From Scyliorhinus canicula (lineage: Eukaryota): a stretch of 64,000 bases of DNA. The stretch spans positions 140,844,404-140,908,403 of the forward strand of contig NC_052156.1 in the NCBI RefSeq assembly GCF_902713615.1, read 5' to 3'. The notes beneath the pieces are model-generated. The model did no database searches. It saw only the letters and a program-made list of their open reading frames with translations, and was not told the origin of the DNA. A program made the position numbers and the translations under genes. Of this stretch, positions 13,195 through 24,122 are shown piece by piece; within the stretch, counting starts at the first letter, position 1, and each line of letters opens with the position of its first letter.

Positions 13195-14760
13195 TTGTTC
13201 ACAAGATGTGAACGTCACTGGCAAGGCAAGCATTTATTGCCCATCCTTAATAATCTGAGAGGTGATGGTGAGCTGACTCTTTGAACCACTACTGTCTGTC
13301 CAGTGAAAGTACTCCCACAAGTGCTGTTATGTAGCCAGACGTTTGATCCAGCAATTATATATTTCCAAGTCAAGATGCTGTGTGACTTGGAGGGGAACTT
13401 ATAGGTAGTGTTGCCCCACCCACCTACTGCCCTTCTTGTTGGTGGAAGTCATAGGAGGATGCTATTAAAGGAGCCTTAACGAGTTGATGAGTGTATATTG
13501 TAGATGATATAAACCGCAGCCATGTTGCACTACTGGAGGAATGAGTGAATGTTGATGGTGGTGAAATGGTGCCAATCAAGCAGGTTACTTGCAAATATTC
13601 AGCCTGGAGCCCAGTTACCAGTGGTGTACCGCAGGGATCAGTTCTGGGTCCTCTGCTGTTTATGATTTTCATTAATGACTTGGATGAGGGAGTTGCAGGG
13701 TGGGTCAGTAAATTTGCAGAGGATACAAAGATTGGTGGAGTTGTGGATAGTGAGGAGGGCTGTTGTCGGCTGCAAAGAGACAGAGATAGGATGCAGAGCT
13801 GGGCTGAGAAGTGGCAGATGGAGTTTAACCCTGAAAAGTGTGAGGTTGTCCATTTTGGGAGGACAAATATGAATGCGGAATACAGGGTTAATGGTCGGGT
13901 TCATGGCAATGTGGAGAAGCAGAGATCTTGGGGTCTATGTTCATAGATCTTTGAAAGTTGCCACTCAAGTGGATAGAGCTGTGAAGAAGGCCTATGGTGT
14001 GCTAGCGTTCATTAGGAGAGGGATTGAATTTAAGAGCCGTGAGGTGATGATGCAGCTATGCAAAACCTTGGTAATGCTACATTTGGAGTACTGTGTGCAG
14101 TTCTGGTCACCTCATTTTAGGAAGGATGTGGAAGCTTTGGAAAAGGTGCAAAGGAGATTTACCAGGATGTTGCCTGGAATGGAGAGTAGGTCTTATGAGG
14201 AAAGGTTGAGGGCGCTAGGCCTTTTCTCAGAATGGAGAAGGTTGAGGGGCGACTTGATAGAGGTTTATAAGATGATCAGGGGAATAGATAGAGTAGACAG
14301 TCAGAGACTTTTTCCTCAGGTGGAACAAACCATTACAAGGGAACATAAATTTAAGGTGAATGGTGGAAGATATAGTGGGGAATGTCAGAAGTAGGTTCTT
14401 TACCCAGATAGTGGGGGCATGGAATGAACTGCCTGTGGAAGTAGTTGAGTCGGAAACGTTAGGGACCTTCACGCGGCTATTAGATAGGTACATGGATTGC
14501 GGTGGAATTCCGGGGTGTAGATCGATTTGTTCTTAATCTAGGACAAAAGTTCGGCACAACATCGTGGGCCGAAGGGCCTGTTCTATGTACTTTGTGCTGA
14601 ATGGCATCAAGCTTCAGTGTTATTGGAATTGCACTCATCCAGACAAATGGAGAGTATGCCATCAGTCTTGAACTGTGCCTGGTCGGTGGTGGAAAGGCTT
14701 TAGGGTGTCAGGAGGTGAAAGTGTCTCCAGCTTCTGTGCTGTTCTTGTAAGTCAGTATTC
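13195..14760 (-). mobile_element. Decayed CR1-clade LINE 3' part, interrupted by a younger CR1 at about 13589-14590
   Basis: Reverse complement of the tail GGATGGGCAATAAATGC... also seen at 21060 and 43670; sequence resumes after 14590. Confidence 0.6.
13589..14590 (+). mobile_element. 5'-truncated CR1 LINE (RT C-terminal half plus 3' UTR), frameshifted
   Basis: ORF track: SGVPQGSVLGPLLFMIFINDLD...KFAEDTK, HLEYCVQFWSPH; tail GGGCCGAAGGGCCTGTTCTATGTAC. Confidence 0.92.
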
Positions 14761-14765
14761 CTCAA

Positions 14766-14935
14766 GGGGCTGGTTTAGCTCACTGGGCTAAATCGCTGGC
14801 TTTTCAAGCAGGCCAGCAGCACGGTTCGATTCCCGTACCAGCCTCCCCGGACAGGCGACGGAATGTGGCGACTAGGGGCTTTTCACAGTAACTTCATTGA
14901 AGCCTACTCGTGACAATAAGCGATTTTCATTTTTC
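14766..14935 (+). mobile_element. Short (about 170 bp) tRNA-derived SINE; further copies at about 20115-20290, 20610-20715, 24922-25095, 38703-38870, 54265-54432 (minus) and 58826-59000
   Basis: GGGGCTGGTTTAGC...GGTTCGATTCCCGTACCAGCC (A/B boxes, acceptor stem) plus tail GGAATGTGGCGACTAGGGGCTTTTCACAGTAACTTCATTGAAGCCTAC; seven similar copies in the window. Confidence 0.9.
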
Positions 14936-16610
14936 ATGTGGCTAGTCAATGAAGAGCTGCATTATGCTGTTAGTCAGGGGGATTCAATTATAGTAATGCC
15001 ATGCACAAGACTAATTGATAGAAAATGATCGCTGTGATTACTCAGCCTTGGCTGGGAAGATGGGATACAGACGGTGCTCATCACCGGGGCCCATGTCTCT
15101 AGGGGGGCCCACTGGCCAAGCAGCCTGTCAATTTGGATGGTCAGTGACCAAAGAAGCCAATCTAGCATGTACCCACCTCAATTGACAGGTTAATGGGCCT
15201 ATGACTGCTGTTGTTCTGAAAAACAGATTTCATTGACAGTAGGGGAACATTCCAGATTATCCAGTCCCTCCTTGTCTACCTCACAGACTCATCTTCAGGC
15301 CTTGTTGTCATTGAGTATACATGCGAGCAAGTGCAAGCGCACACATGCATGCGAGAGTGAGAACCCTGAGAGAGATGCTGGGACATATACTCTTCTAACC
15401 CCCCCACCCCTTATATACCAGGTTTTGGGGGTGGGGGGGGAGAAGAGACCCCAGGCTGAAAGGTAACACCCTTCCAATCTCCACTTTTGTACAAATTCCA
15501 CCAAGGCTAGCTCAGACTGTGCTCCACCAGACGCAAACACAATGTCAGTGTCAGCTAAACAAAGCTCCTTAGCGAAGCCCTGATCCCATTCCTTTTCCTG
15601 GTGACTAGGACCTAGGGACTTAGTCTGTATCTCTCTCCAACTCTCAACTTATCATTAATTACTAATTTTTTAACATATCAATTTTTTGCTTTCATATTGA
15701 TTTTATTGGCTCAGCAAGTTGTATTCATACCGGAGCTTGAAAAAAATATGGTTAATGTTGTGCCAAGCCAAATCTCAGGCAGCAGCTGCTGTTTTCCTTG
15801 GTGAAGGAGGAACTCAAGAAGTCCAACTGATTTTTGGAGGGCTGGCAAAAAGGTTTTTATTCCAATAGAAACAGGAAGTGTTAGGATTGCTCAACACGTC
15901 TGGGGACACCATAGACGAACAGAAGTCAGGAACCCGTCATCAGAATTGGTGCAGATCATGGACCTCAAGTATTAATTCTGGGTAGGATGCTGGACCACCC
16001 CCACGGCATTTTCTGGTAGCAGAACAGCGACTAGTCATTGGATGCAGGTGGGATGTTCCGGTCTCGCCAATAGGTAAAGTGTTTTGCATGGTTCTCCTGT
16101 CCTGCCACAAGGGATCGTCTTTGGTGAGACCAAAGATCCCACCAGCGTGGGGTCAGAAAATTCCCCCCCACCACCCCATTTCTCTTTCTCCACTGATGCT
16201 TCCTGGCTGCAGAATATTTCCAGCATTTTGTTTATACTTCAGATTTCCAGCACCGGCTGTACTTTTCTCTCTTATTAAATGCTCCGAACTGCACATTTAG
16301 TGTGGTTGGTTTCAACTTAAAATGTGGAAACATTTATCACCAAACCCAAGTTGTATTTTTTTTGTTAACAAAGCCCACTTGTGCGGATAGAAATTGCACA
16401 TTATTGCAGGTGAATTGGTTGGTGCAAATTTACTGGGAGGCTGTGCCATTTTTCAACTTGTAAACCAGGAGTTATGCGCCAACAGGGTATGTCACGGTTA
16501 ATTCTAGATATTCTCATTTATACACAGGATGATTGTTTACGGTGTTCGTCAGGTTCAAGTCTGTTGGATGCTGCTGTCCAGGATGTTGTTGCCTCGGGCC
16601 AGGTTTAAAG

Positions 16611-16812
16611 ACAGTAAGAAGTCTGACAACACCAGGTTAAAGTCCAACAGGTTTGTTTAAAACACTAGCTTTCAGAGCACTTCTCCTTCCTCAGGTGAAC
16701 CGGGGAGCAGTGCTCCGAAAGCTCATGTTTGAAACAAACCTGTTGGACTTTAATCTGGTGTTGTAAGACTTCTTACCGTGCTCACCCTAGTCCAACGCCG
16801 GCATCTCCACAT
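16611..16812. mobile_element. Palindromic Penelope-derived element with a minimal hammerhead-ribozyme core
   Basis: Long inverted arms (GTAAGAAGTCTGACAACACCAGGTTAAAGTCCAACAGGTTTGTTT and its complement); near-TSD CAGGTTTAAAG (16600-16610) / CAGGTATAAAG (16813-16823). Confidence 0.8.
16663..16697 (-). ncRNA. Minimal type-I hammerhead ribozyme motif (Penelope-type)
   Basis: Minus strand reads CAC-CTGAGGA-A-GGAG-AAGTG-CTCT-GAAA-GCTA-GTG: CUGANGA and GAAA cores, stem II, palindromic AGCU stem III, and stem I CAC/GUG. Confidence 0.6.
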
Positions 16813-17281
16813 CAGGTATAAAGGAGGAGAGCTGGTTGCATAATATAAACAAGCAAGTTGTGTGGAATTGTCTGACAAAGCCGTGGTTGTAACATTTATC
16901 ACAAACTTATATTTTTCAATGGGTTTTAAATAGAGGCAGAGTACAAATGCCAATATGTTTTGCTAAACCTATATAAAACACCACTGTGTTCAACTCCACT
17001 GTGACTATGTTTCCCAATTCTGGGTACCAGAAGGATGAGGGGGAGAAGGTTATGGTGGGTGTGGAATAAGGGGCCTGCAAACAGGAAATGCACCAGGGCC
17101 CATGATTTCTCTCTCTGGCTCTTTTCTCAGCATCTACCTATCATTATATCGTGTGACTACCAGGATTCTTGCTGGAAAACTAGGAAAACCAGTCTTTTCT
17201 CATCCAGCAATTCCTACGTTTCTGAGAGCACACAGGACGAGAAATTCCGAACAAGCTTTGAAATGTAAAATGGAAAGAAAA

Positions 17282-17283
<2 letters not shown>

Positions 17284-17328
<45 letters not shown>

Positions 17329-18537
17329 TTTTTATTGGAATTTTTTGCAGAAAATATAACAAAAAGTATAGCAAAAAGCAGTAATATGCAACTAACAGCC
17401 CCATAACACCCACAATTCCCCCCATACCGTAACATCACATGTATCACATTCCCCCACCCCCCCCCCCAAACAAGAGAACTTAACCATAAATTAAAATGAG
17501 ATAAATCAAATTTAAATAAAATAAGCTAACATAATCAACGCCCCCCCCCCCCCCCCCCACCACCCACCCACCCACCCACCCCCCCCCCCCCCCCCCCCCC
17601 GGGTTGCTGCTGCTACTGTCCCAGTACCCTATCGTTGAGCCAGAAAGTCGAGGAAAGGTTGCCACCGTTTAAAGAACCCTTGCACCGATCCTCTCAGGGC
17701 GAATTTAACCTTCTCAAGCTTAATAAAGCCCGCCATGTCATTGATCCAGGTCTCCACGCTTGGGGGCCTCGCGTCCTTCCACTGTAGCAAAATCCTTCGC
17801 CGGGCTACTAGGGACGCAAAGGCCAGCACACCGGCCTCTTTCGCCTCCTGCACTCCCGGCTCTACCCCAACCCCAAAGATCGCGAGTCCCCATCCTGGCT
17901 TGACCCTGGATCCCACCACCCTTGACACCGTCCTCGCCACCCCCTTCCAGAACTCCTCCAATGCCGGGCATGCCCAGAACATATGGGCATGGTTCGCTGG
18001 ACTCCCCGAGCACCTGGCACACCTATCTTCACCCCCAAAGAACCTATTCATCCTCGTCCCAGTCATGTGGGCCCTATGCAGCACCTTGAATTGGATGAGG
18101 CTAAGCCGCGCACACGAGGAGGAAGAATTTACCCTCTCCAGGGCATCAGCCCATGTCCCGTCTTCGATCTGTTCCCCCAGTTCCCCCTCCCACTTCGTTT
18201 TCAGCTCCTCTACTGACGCCTCTTCCTTCTCCTGCATAAGCTTGTAGATATCGGATATCTTCCCCTCCCCGACCCAGACCCCCGAGAGCACCCTGTCACT
18301 CACCCCCTTCGCGGGGAGCGCAGGGAATCCCTCCACCTGCCGTCTAGCAAATGCCTTTACCTGCAGATATCTAAACATGTTTCCCGGCGGGAGCCCAAAT
18401 TTCTCTTCCAACTCCCCCAGGCTCGCAAACCTTCCGTCGATAAACAGGTCCTTCAGCTGTCTAATGCCCGCTCTATACCATCCCCGAAATCCCCCATCCA
18501 TGTTCCCCGGGACAAACCTATGGTTCCCCCCCTTAAC
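17284..18537 (-). mobile_element. Young 5'-truncated L1/Tx1-like LINE (ORF2 C-terminal CCHC region, 3' UTR, poly(A))
   Basis: Open 290-aa frame with QFKVLHR...CxxC...HMFWAC; about 40-nt poly(T) at 17284-17323; 14-bp TSD GGAAAGAAAAAGTT at 17272-17285 and 18538-18551. Confidence 0.93.
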
Positions 18538-18619
18538 GGAAAGAAAAAGTTGATGTAATTAGTATGAAAAAAATATCAAAGTGACAATTATTTAACTTTC
18601 CATTCAATAGGTAGATTTA

Positions 18620-21118
18620 CATGGTTGACTCTTAAATGACCTCTGAAATGGCCCAGCAAGCCATTCAGTTGTATCAAAAAACCTGCTAAGTCAACATGAA
18701 ACTGGACAAACTGCTCAGCAACAACCTAGGCACTGGAAATAACAACGTTAAACCCAGCACTGTTGATCCTGTAATGTGCTCCATACGAATGTCTGGGGGC
18801 TTGTTTGTGCCAAAATTGGGAGAGCCGTCTCTCAGACTAGCCAAGCACCAGTCTGACAAGTCATAATCACAGAATTATATCTCGCAGATAATGTCGCAAA
18901 CACCACCATCGCCAAGTATGCCCTGTCCCACCAGCAGGACAGAACTGGAAGATGTGACAGGCAGCACAGTGGTACATGGTCGGGAGGGAGTTGTCGTGAA
19001 AGTTCTCAACATTGACTCTGGACCATATCAAGTGACATGGCATCAGGTCAAACATGGGTATGGAAACTTCTTTCTGTCCCCTGCCTCACTGGAGGAGGAG
19101 GCTCCACAAATATGTCTTCAGCCAATTCTATTCACCCCACGTGATATCAAGAAATGACTTCTCCTCCAGAATTTCCTATGGACTCTAACGAAGCTGTTCC
19201 AATGCAGCTAGAGCACTGGCATCCACCCAGCAATGTGGACAATTTCCCAAAAAGCAGGACAAATTAAACCCAGGCAACTTTCTCCCCATCAATCTATTCT
19301 TGACCATTATTTAAGTGATGGAAAGGGTCATCAACAGTGCAATCAAGCTGAACTTGCTTATTAATAACCTGCTCACACGTCATGTTGGAGGTAGTGAAGG
19401 TAAGGGTGGTTTCGAGTACAGAGGTGGCGATCTTTGTGTTGGAAGACCCAGGAGCCCAGTGGGCGAGAGAGACCTATGTTTTGGCCTTTACCTCTGGTAG
19501 CCCGGAGACAGATTTTATTAGCATGGAGGGACTTGGAGCCCCTGAAGTCAGGGGTGTGGGTTAGTGACAGGGTTCCTCTGACTTGAGAAGATTAAGTTCG
19601 CCCTGAGGGGATCAATGCTAGGATTTGCTCAGAGGTGGCAGCCGTTTATAAACTTCTTTGGGAAAAATTAAGCTGTCAGAAGTGGCGGGGGGGTTGGTAA
19701 AAAGAGGCATGGGGGGTTGGGTAAAGTGGGGAAGGTCAGTGGGGAATTGGGATTGGGGAGTTGTCTAGGTAAAGCCATGTTGGCTGGGTTTTGTTGTCGG
19801 TTGGGTGTGTGTTCATCTTTTGTTCAAATTATAAATGCCTTAATAAAAATACTTTAAAAAATAATAATAACCTGCTCACTGACACTCAGTTTGGGTTCCG
19901 CCAGGACCACTCAGCTCCTGGCCTCATTACAGCCTTGGTTCAAATTTGGGCAGAAGACCGTAATTCAAGAGGTGAGGTGACATCAAAGCAGCATTTGACC
20001 ACGTGGAGCATCAAGGAGCCCTAGCAAAACTGGAGTCAATGGGAATCAGGGAGGAAACCCTCTGCTGGTAAGTGTCATACCTGGCACATAGGACGGTGGT
20101 TGGAGGCCAATCATAGGGTCTGGTTTAGCACAGTGGACTAAACAGCTGGCTTGTAATCCAGAACAAGGCCAGCAGCGCAGGTTCAATTCCGTACCAGCCT
20201 CCCCGAACAGGCGCCAGAATGTGGCGACTAGGGGCTTTTCACAGTAACTTCATTGAAGCCTACTTGTGACAATAAGCAATTATTATTATCTCAGTTCCAG
20301 GACATCACTGCAGGAATTCCTCAGGTTAGTATTTTAGGCCCAACCATCTTCAGCTGCTTCACCAATGAACCTTTCGACTATGATCAGCAGCATTTGTGAC
20401 TCCTCAGATATTGAAGCAGTCTATGTCCAAATGCAACAAGACGTGGACAATATCCAGACTTGGGATGACAAGTGGTGACTCTCATTTGTGCCAAATAATT
20501 GTCATCCATTGACCATATCCAACAAGGGAGCATCTAACCGTCACCCCATGACATTCAATGGCATTACCATTGCTGAATTCTCCACGATCAACATCATGAA
20601 AATTACCATTGGCTGGTTTAGTACAGTGGGCTAAATAGCTGGCTTGCAAAGGCCAAGGCAAGCACCTGAACAGGTGCCGGAATGTGGCGACCAGGGGCTT
20701 TTCACAGTAACTTCCGCTTGAATCCCTCTTCACTCCCTCCACCACCAAACAATGGCAGCATGTGCACCATCTACAAGAGACTGCATTAACTCACTTTGGC
20801 TCCTTAGGCAGCACCTTCTAAATCCAGAACCACTACCATCTAGAAGGACAAATGCAGCAGATACCTGGGAACTAAACCACATGGAAGTTCCCCTCCAAGT
20901 CACTCATCTCTTTGCCTTGGAAATATATCGCCATACCCTCACTGACGCTGGTTCAAAATCCTGGAACTCCCTCCCTAACAGCACTGTTGGTGTACCTACA
21001 CCACATGGACTGCAGTGGTTCAAGAAGGCAGCTCACCATCACCTTCTCAAGAGCAATTCGGGGTAGGCAATAAATGCTGGCCTAGCCAGCAACACCCACA
21101 TCCCGTAAATGATTAAAA
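18620..21118 (+). mobile_element. Old fragmented CR1-clade LINE hosting nested L1 and SINE insertions
   Basis: RT remnants (QFGFRQDHS, PQ..ILGPTIFSCF) and tail GGCAATAAATGCTGGCCTAGCCAGCAACACCCACATCCC. Confidence 0.7.
19377..19864 (+). mobile_element. Short L1/Tx1-like 3' fragment nested in the CR1-clade LINE
   Basis: LEKIKFALRGS-type end, AATAAA, and 15-bp TSD TAATAACCTGCTCAC at 19362-19376 and 19865-19879. Confidence 0.85.
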
Positions 21119-21196
21119 ACAAAATAGATTTGAGATGAAATATAGAAGGAATAACATAATTAAAGTCAATTTGAAAAATGATTAGTGGTTGCTTAC

Positions 21197-21227
21197 TCAT
21201 TCTTGAACTTCGGGGATTTTTCAGGCT
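21197..21227 (-). CDS. PTPN12: PTPN12 31-nt micro-exon (exon 16 equivalent): SLKNPRSSRM(N)
   Basis: Acceptor ttttttaaaacAG, donor GA/gtaagc; phase 0-1 links the neighbouring exons in frame. Confidence 0.85.
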
Positions 21228-21333
21228 CTGTTTTAAAAAAAGGAAAAATATTAAAGTACAACAATTCAACATTTTTAAATCACATCTACATAATTAAGTT
21301 ATTTAAATATGCCATTACACTGCCGTGCATTAC

Positions 21334-21431
21334 CTTACTCCTCACCATCTTTATTTGCTCAACAGTCGTTGCTTGTGGAAAACCACTCCATTCGGCAGAT
21401 TTCCCAACATGGACAGGCCTAACAAGGGAGT
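21334..21431 (-). CDS. PTPN12: PTPN12 exon 15 equivalent: (D)SLVRPVHVGKSAEWSGFPQATTVEQIKMVRSK
   Basis: Acceptor tttgttttgttAG, donor AAG/gtaatg; 98 nt, phase 1-0; SAEWS resembles human RSEWS. Donor choice is uncertain (see findings). Confidence 0.85.
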
Positions 21432-21904
21432 CTAACAAAACAAAAAGATTTGATTAATGTTAAAAGTAAAATTAATCAGCTATAAACTTCTATGACTCTA
21501 TAAATCATTCACTCTAAGACTTTCATTTTAATATCTTAATAAGTAGATTCAGTTTACTTACAAACTGTGGGTGCTACAGTAAGGTGTACTACAAATAATG
21601 GCCACTAGCAGAAACTGTATTCAACTACGAATTATTGATGCGAGGTAATCACATCACCAACATGGAACCTTGTGTGAGGTAAATTGGAGAATGTATCAAC
21701 AAGGGTTAAAATCATGAAAATAAGTTATGCAAAATTTTGACTGGGATAGGAAAAATATTTGTGCTAAAAATGGAGAAGCTTTTTTTGTACTGTATCTGTC
21801 TCAGTCAGTGCGCTGTTGTTTATCATCAAACATTGGGCTTGAAACTAAGACCCGGGATTAGTAGTTCCATTATTTAAAAACGTAGCTAACCAGGACAGGC
21901 AGAT

Positions 21905-22046
21905 GAGGCTTCAGTTTATCATTTAATCTGAAAATGGTATATCCAAGAGAGCACCTCCTCAATAGTGCATTGAATTGTCAGCCTAGTTTATGTGATTGGA
22001 CCCATACGATTCGTACTCAGAAGAAGTGACACCAATCACTGAGCCA
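21905..22046 (-). mobile_element. Decayed DeuSINE/SacSINE1-like remnant
   Basis: Minus strand CACATAAACTAGGCTGACAATTCAATGCACTATTGAGGAGGTGCT resembles the Deu domain; TGGCTCAGTG head. Confidence 0.5.
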
Positions 22047-22342
22047 AATTCATACAATTAATTCAATAAATTAGTCAGGCAGACACAGTCCAATATTGGT
22101 TTTTAAAAGGCAGGTCACACTTGAAAAATTATAATTCGTTAAAAACAGGCAGAATGGTCCTGATCATCTGGTCTTCAGACGTTAAGAGACCCAACATATC
22201 CTGGAGGATGTGCTACGGGACTCTTCAGAAGTCTAAATGCAGGCAATCCACGGAAATTGCCCAGGAGGTTTCACTTCTAATTTATGGCTGGCAATTAATT
22301 GTTATGGGAGTAAATATTATTACCCTACTCAATTCCAAATTA

Positions 22343-22360
22343 TCGCCACTAGGTGTCATT
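22343..22360 (+). promoter_or_regulatory. Candidate CTCF site
   Basis: TCGCCACTAGGTGTCATT, with CAATTCC 6 nt upstream resembling the CTCF upstream module. Confidence 0.4.
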
Positions 22361-22429
22361 GAAATTTACTTAAATATATAGCATCATAATCTGCCACTCG
22401 ATGATATCCTGCACTGTCTACCTTGTTGT

Positions 22430-22785
22430 TGGGAGGTCAGTTAGCCGGATGGCTAATTTGTGATGCAGAGCAACGCCAACGGCACGGGTTCAATTACCGC
22501 ACTGTTGAGGTTTATCATGAAGGTCCCGCCTCATTCTCCCCATATTTGCACGGGTTTCCCCCACGACCCAAAGATGCGCAGAGTAGGTGGATTGGCCATG
22601 CTAAATTGTCCCTTAATTGGAAAAATATGAATTGGGCACCCAAATTTAAAAAAGAAAAAAATGAAGGTTCCATTTACTAAACCTTGACCCTCACCCGAGG
22701 TGTGGTGACCCTCCATCACCAGTCAGCTCTCTCTCAAAAGGGGAAAGCAGCCTATGGTCCCCTGGGATTGTGGTGACATTCATAC
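22430..22785 (+). mobile_element. tRNA-headed SINE with a nested truncated poly(A)-tailed HE1-like piece at about 22540-22660
   Basis: B box GGGTTCAATT; body interrupted, with ATGAAGGT repeated either side of the insert; tail GCAGCCTATGGTCCCCTGGGA. Confidence 0.55.
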
Positions 22786-22798
22786 CTTGTTGCTACGC

Positions 22799-22816
22799 AG
22801 CACCACCTAGTGGCAG
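22799..22816 (-). promoter_or_regulatory. Candidate CTCF site (strong motif match)
   Basis: Minus strand CTGCCACTAGGTGGTGCT against consensus CCACYAGRKGGCRC. Confidence 0.55.
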
Positions 22817-22863
22817 ATATCTAACTTCAAATTAATAAAATGTCATTATTAAAATTCTTCATT

Positions 22864-23112
22864 TTTTTTTCCTTTTTTAAAAATAAATTTAGAATACCCA
22901 ATTCATTTTTTTCTAATTAAGAAAATTATTTTTCTTAAATTTAGCGTGGCCAATCCACCTACCCTGCACATCTTTGGGTTGTCGGGGTGAAACCCACGCA
23001 AACACGGGGAGAATGTGCAAACTCCACACAGACAGTGACCCAGTGCAGGGATCGAACGTGGGACCTCGGCACCGTGAGGCAGCAATGCTAACCACTGTGC
23101 CACCGTGCTGCC
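22864..23112 (-). mobile_element. HE1-like SINE, poly(A)-tailed variant
   Basis: Head GGCAGCACGGTGGCACAGTGGTTAGC; 14-bp TSD TAAAATTCTTCATT at 22850-22863 and 23113-23126. Confidence 0.9.
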
Positions 23113-23231
23113 TAAAATTCTTCATTGTTATACAATGTCAAGTAGCAGCTACATATCAATCCCAAGATAGCAATTTTGATTAGACTGGTCAGTCAGACTT
23201 GATTTTATATATGTCCCAGATAAAACATAAA

Positions 23232-23386
23232 TTGCCCTTAGTTTCCAAAAAAGGTTGGGTGGGATTACTGGGTTATGGGGATAGGGTGGAGGTGTGGACT
23301 TAAGTAGGGTGATCTTTCCAAGGGCTGGTGCAGACTCGATGGGCTGAATGGCCTCCTTCTGCATTGTAAATTCTATGATACTATGA
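23232..23386 (+). mobile_element. 3' part of an HE1-like SINE with CR1-type tail
   Basis: GACTCGATGGGCTGAATGGCCTCCTTCTGCATTGTAAATTCTATGATACTATG. Confidence 0.7.
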
Positions 23387-23644
23387 AAACATTGACTGCT
23401 GAAAATTCAAACTTGAAATTACTGTTGATTGATTGGCGTCTTGGGACTGTCTAAATAATTCACCCCAATTTATCAGGAAGAAATTAGACTATTCTACTCT
23501 TCTCTCCATTTGCAGTATTTAGAAAGGTGTTCTTGTCCAAATAACTTATGGTGGCTGAATGGGCCCATGAATTCTCCAGTGTCCACATGGCTTGAACAAA
23601 TTATTTCAGCAATTTTATTACAATTAAAACAAAACAGATCTTAC

Positions 23645-23722
23645 CAGAATCATTGGCCACAACAAAAGATTCAGGAGTTCTTTCTGGTAAAGGAGGTGGG
23701 CTGTCTTCTTTGCTTCCAGAAC
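23645..23722 (-). CDS. PTPN12: PTPN12 exon 14 equivalent: (C)SGSKEDSPPPLPERTPESFVVANDS(D), the Csk-SH3-binding Pro4 motif
   Basis: Acceptor ttttattttggaAG, donor CTG/gtaaga; 78 nt, phase 1-1; EDSPPPLPERTPESFV is identical to PTP-PEST. Confidence 0.96.
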
Positions 23723-23882
23723 CTTCCAAAATAAAATGTCAAAATTGACTAAATTACTCCCATTCTGGTTTCCCCTGTATTTAAAGCACATTGGGCCTGA
23801 TATGCTATCATGACGAAGTCAGGAAATTTGATAGGCTAAATAAAACTTATTTTTGTATTTACTGTCATAAAAGCTGCTCCTC

Positions 23883-24122
23883 GGGTGGCACAGTGGTGCA
23901 GTGGGTAGCACTGCTGCTTATGGCGCTGAGGACCCGGGTTCGGTCCCAGCCCCAGGTTTCTGTCTGTGTGGAGTTTGCACATTCTCCCCGAGTCTGTGTG
24001 GGTTTCACCCCCACAACCCAAATATGTGCAGATTAGGAGGATAATAAGGGGCAACACTAAGTTGCCCCTTATTTGGGAAACAAAATAATTGGGTACTCTA
24101 AATTCATTTTTAAAATAAATAA
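23883..24122 (+). mobile_element. HE1-like SINE, A-rich-tailed variant
   Basis: tRNA-like head; TSD ATAAAAGCTGCT at 23867-23878 and 24123-24134. Confidence 0.85.
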
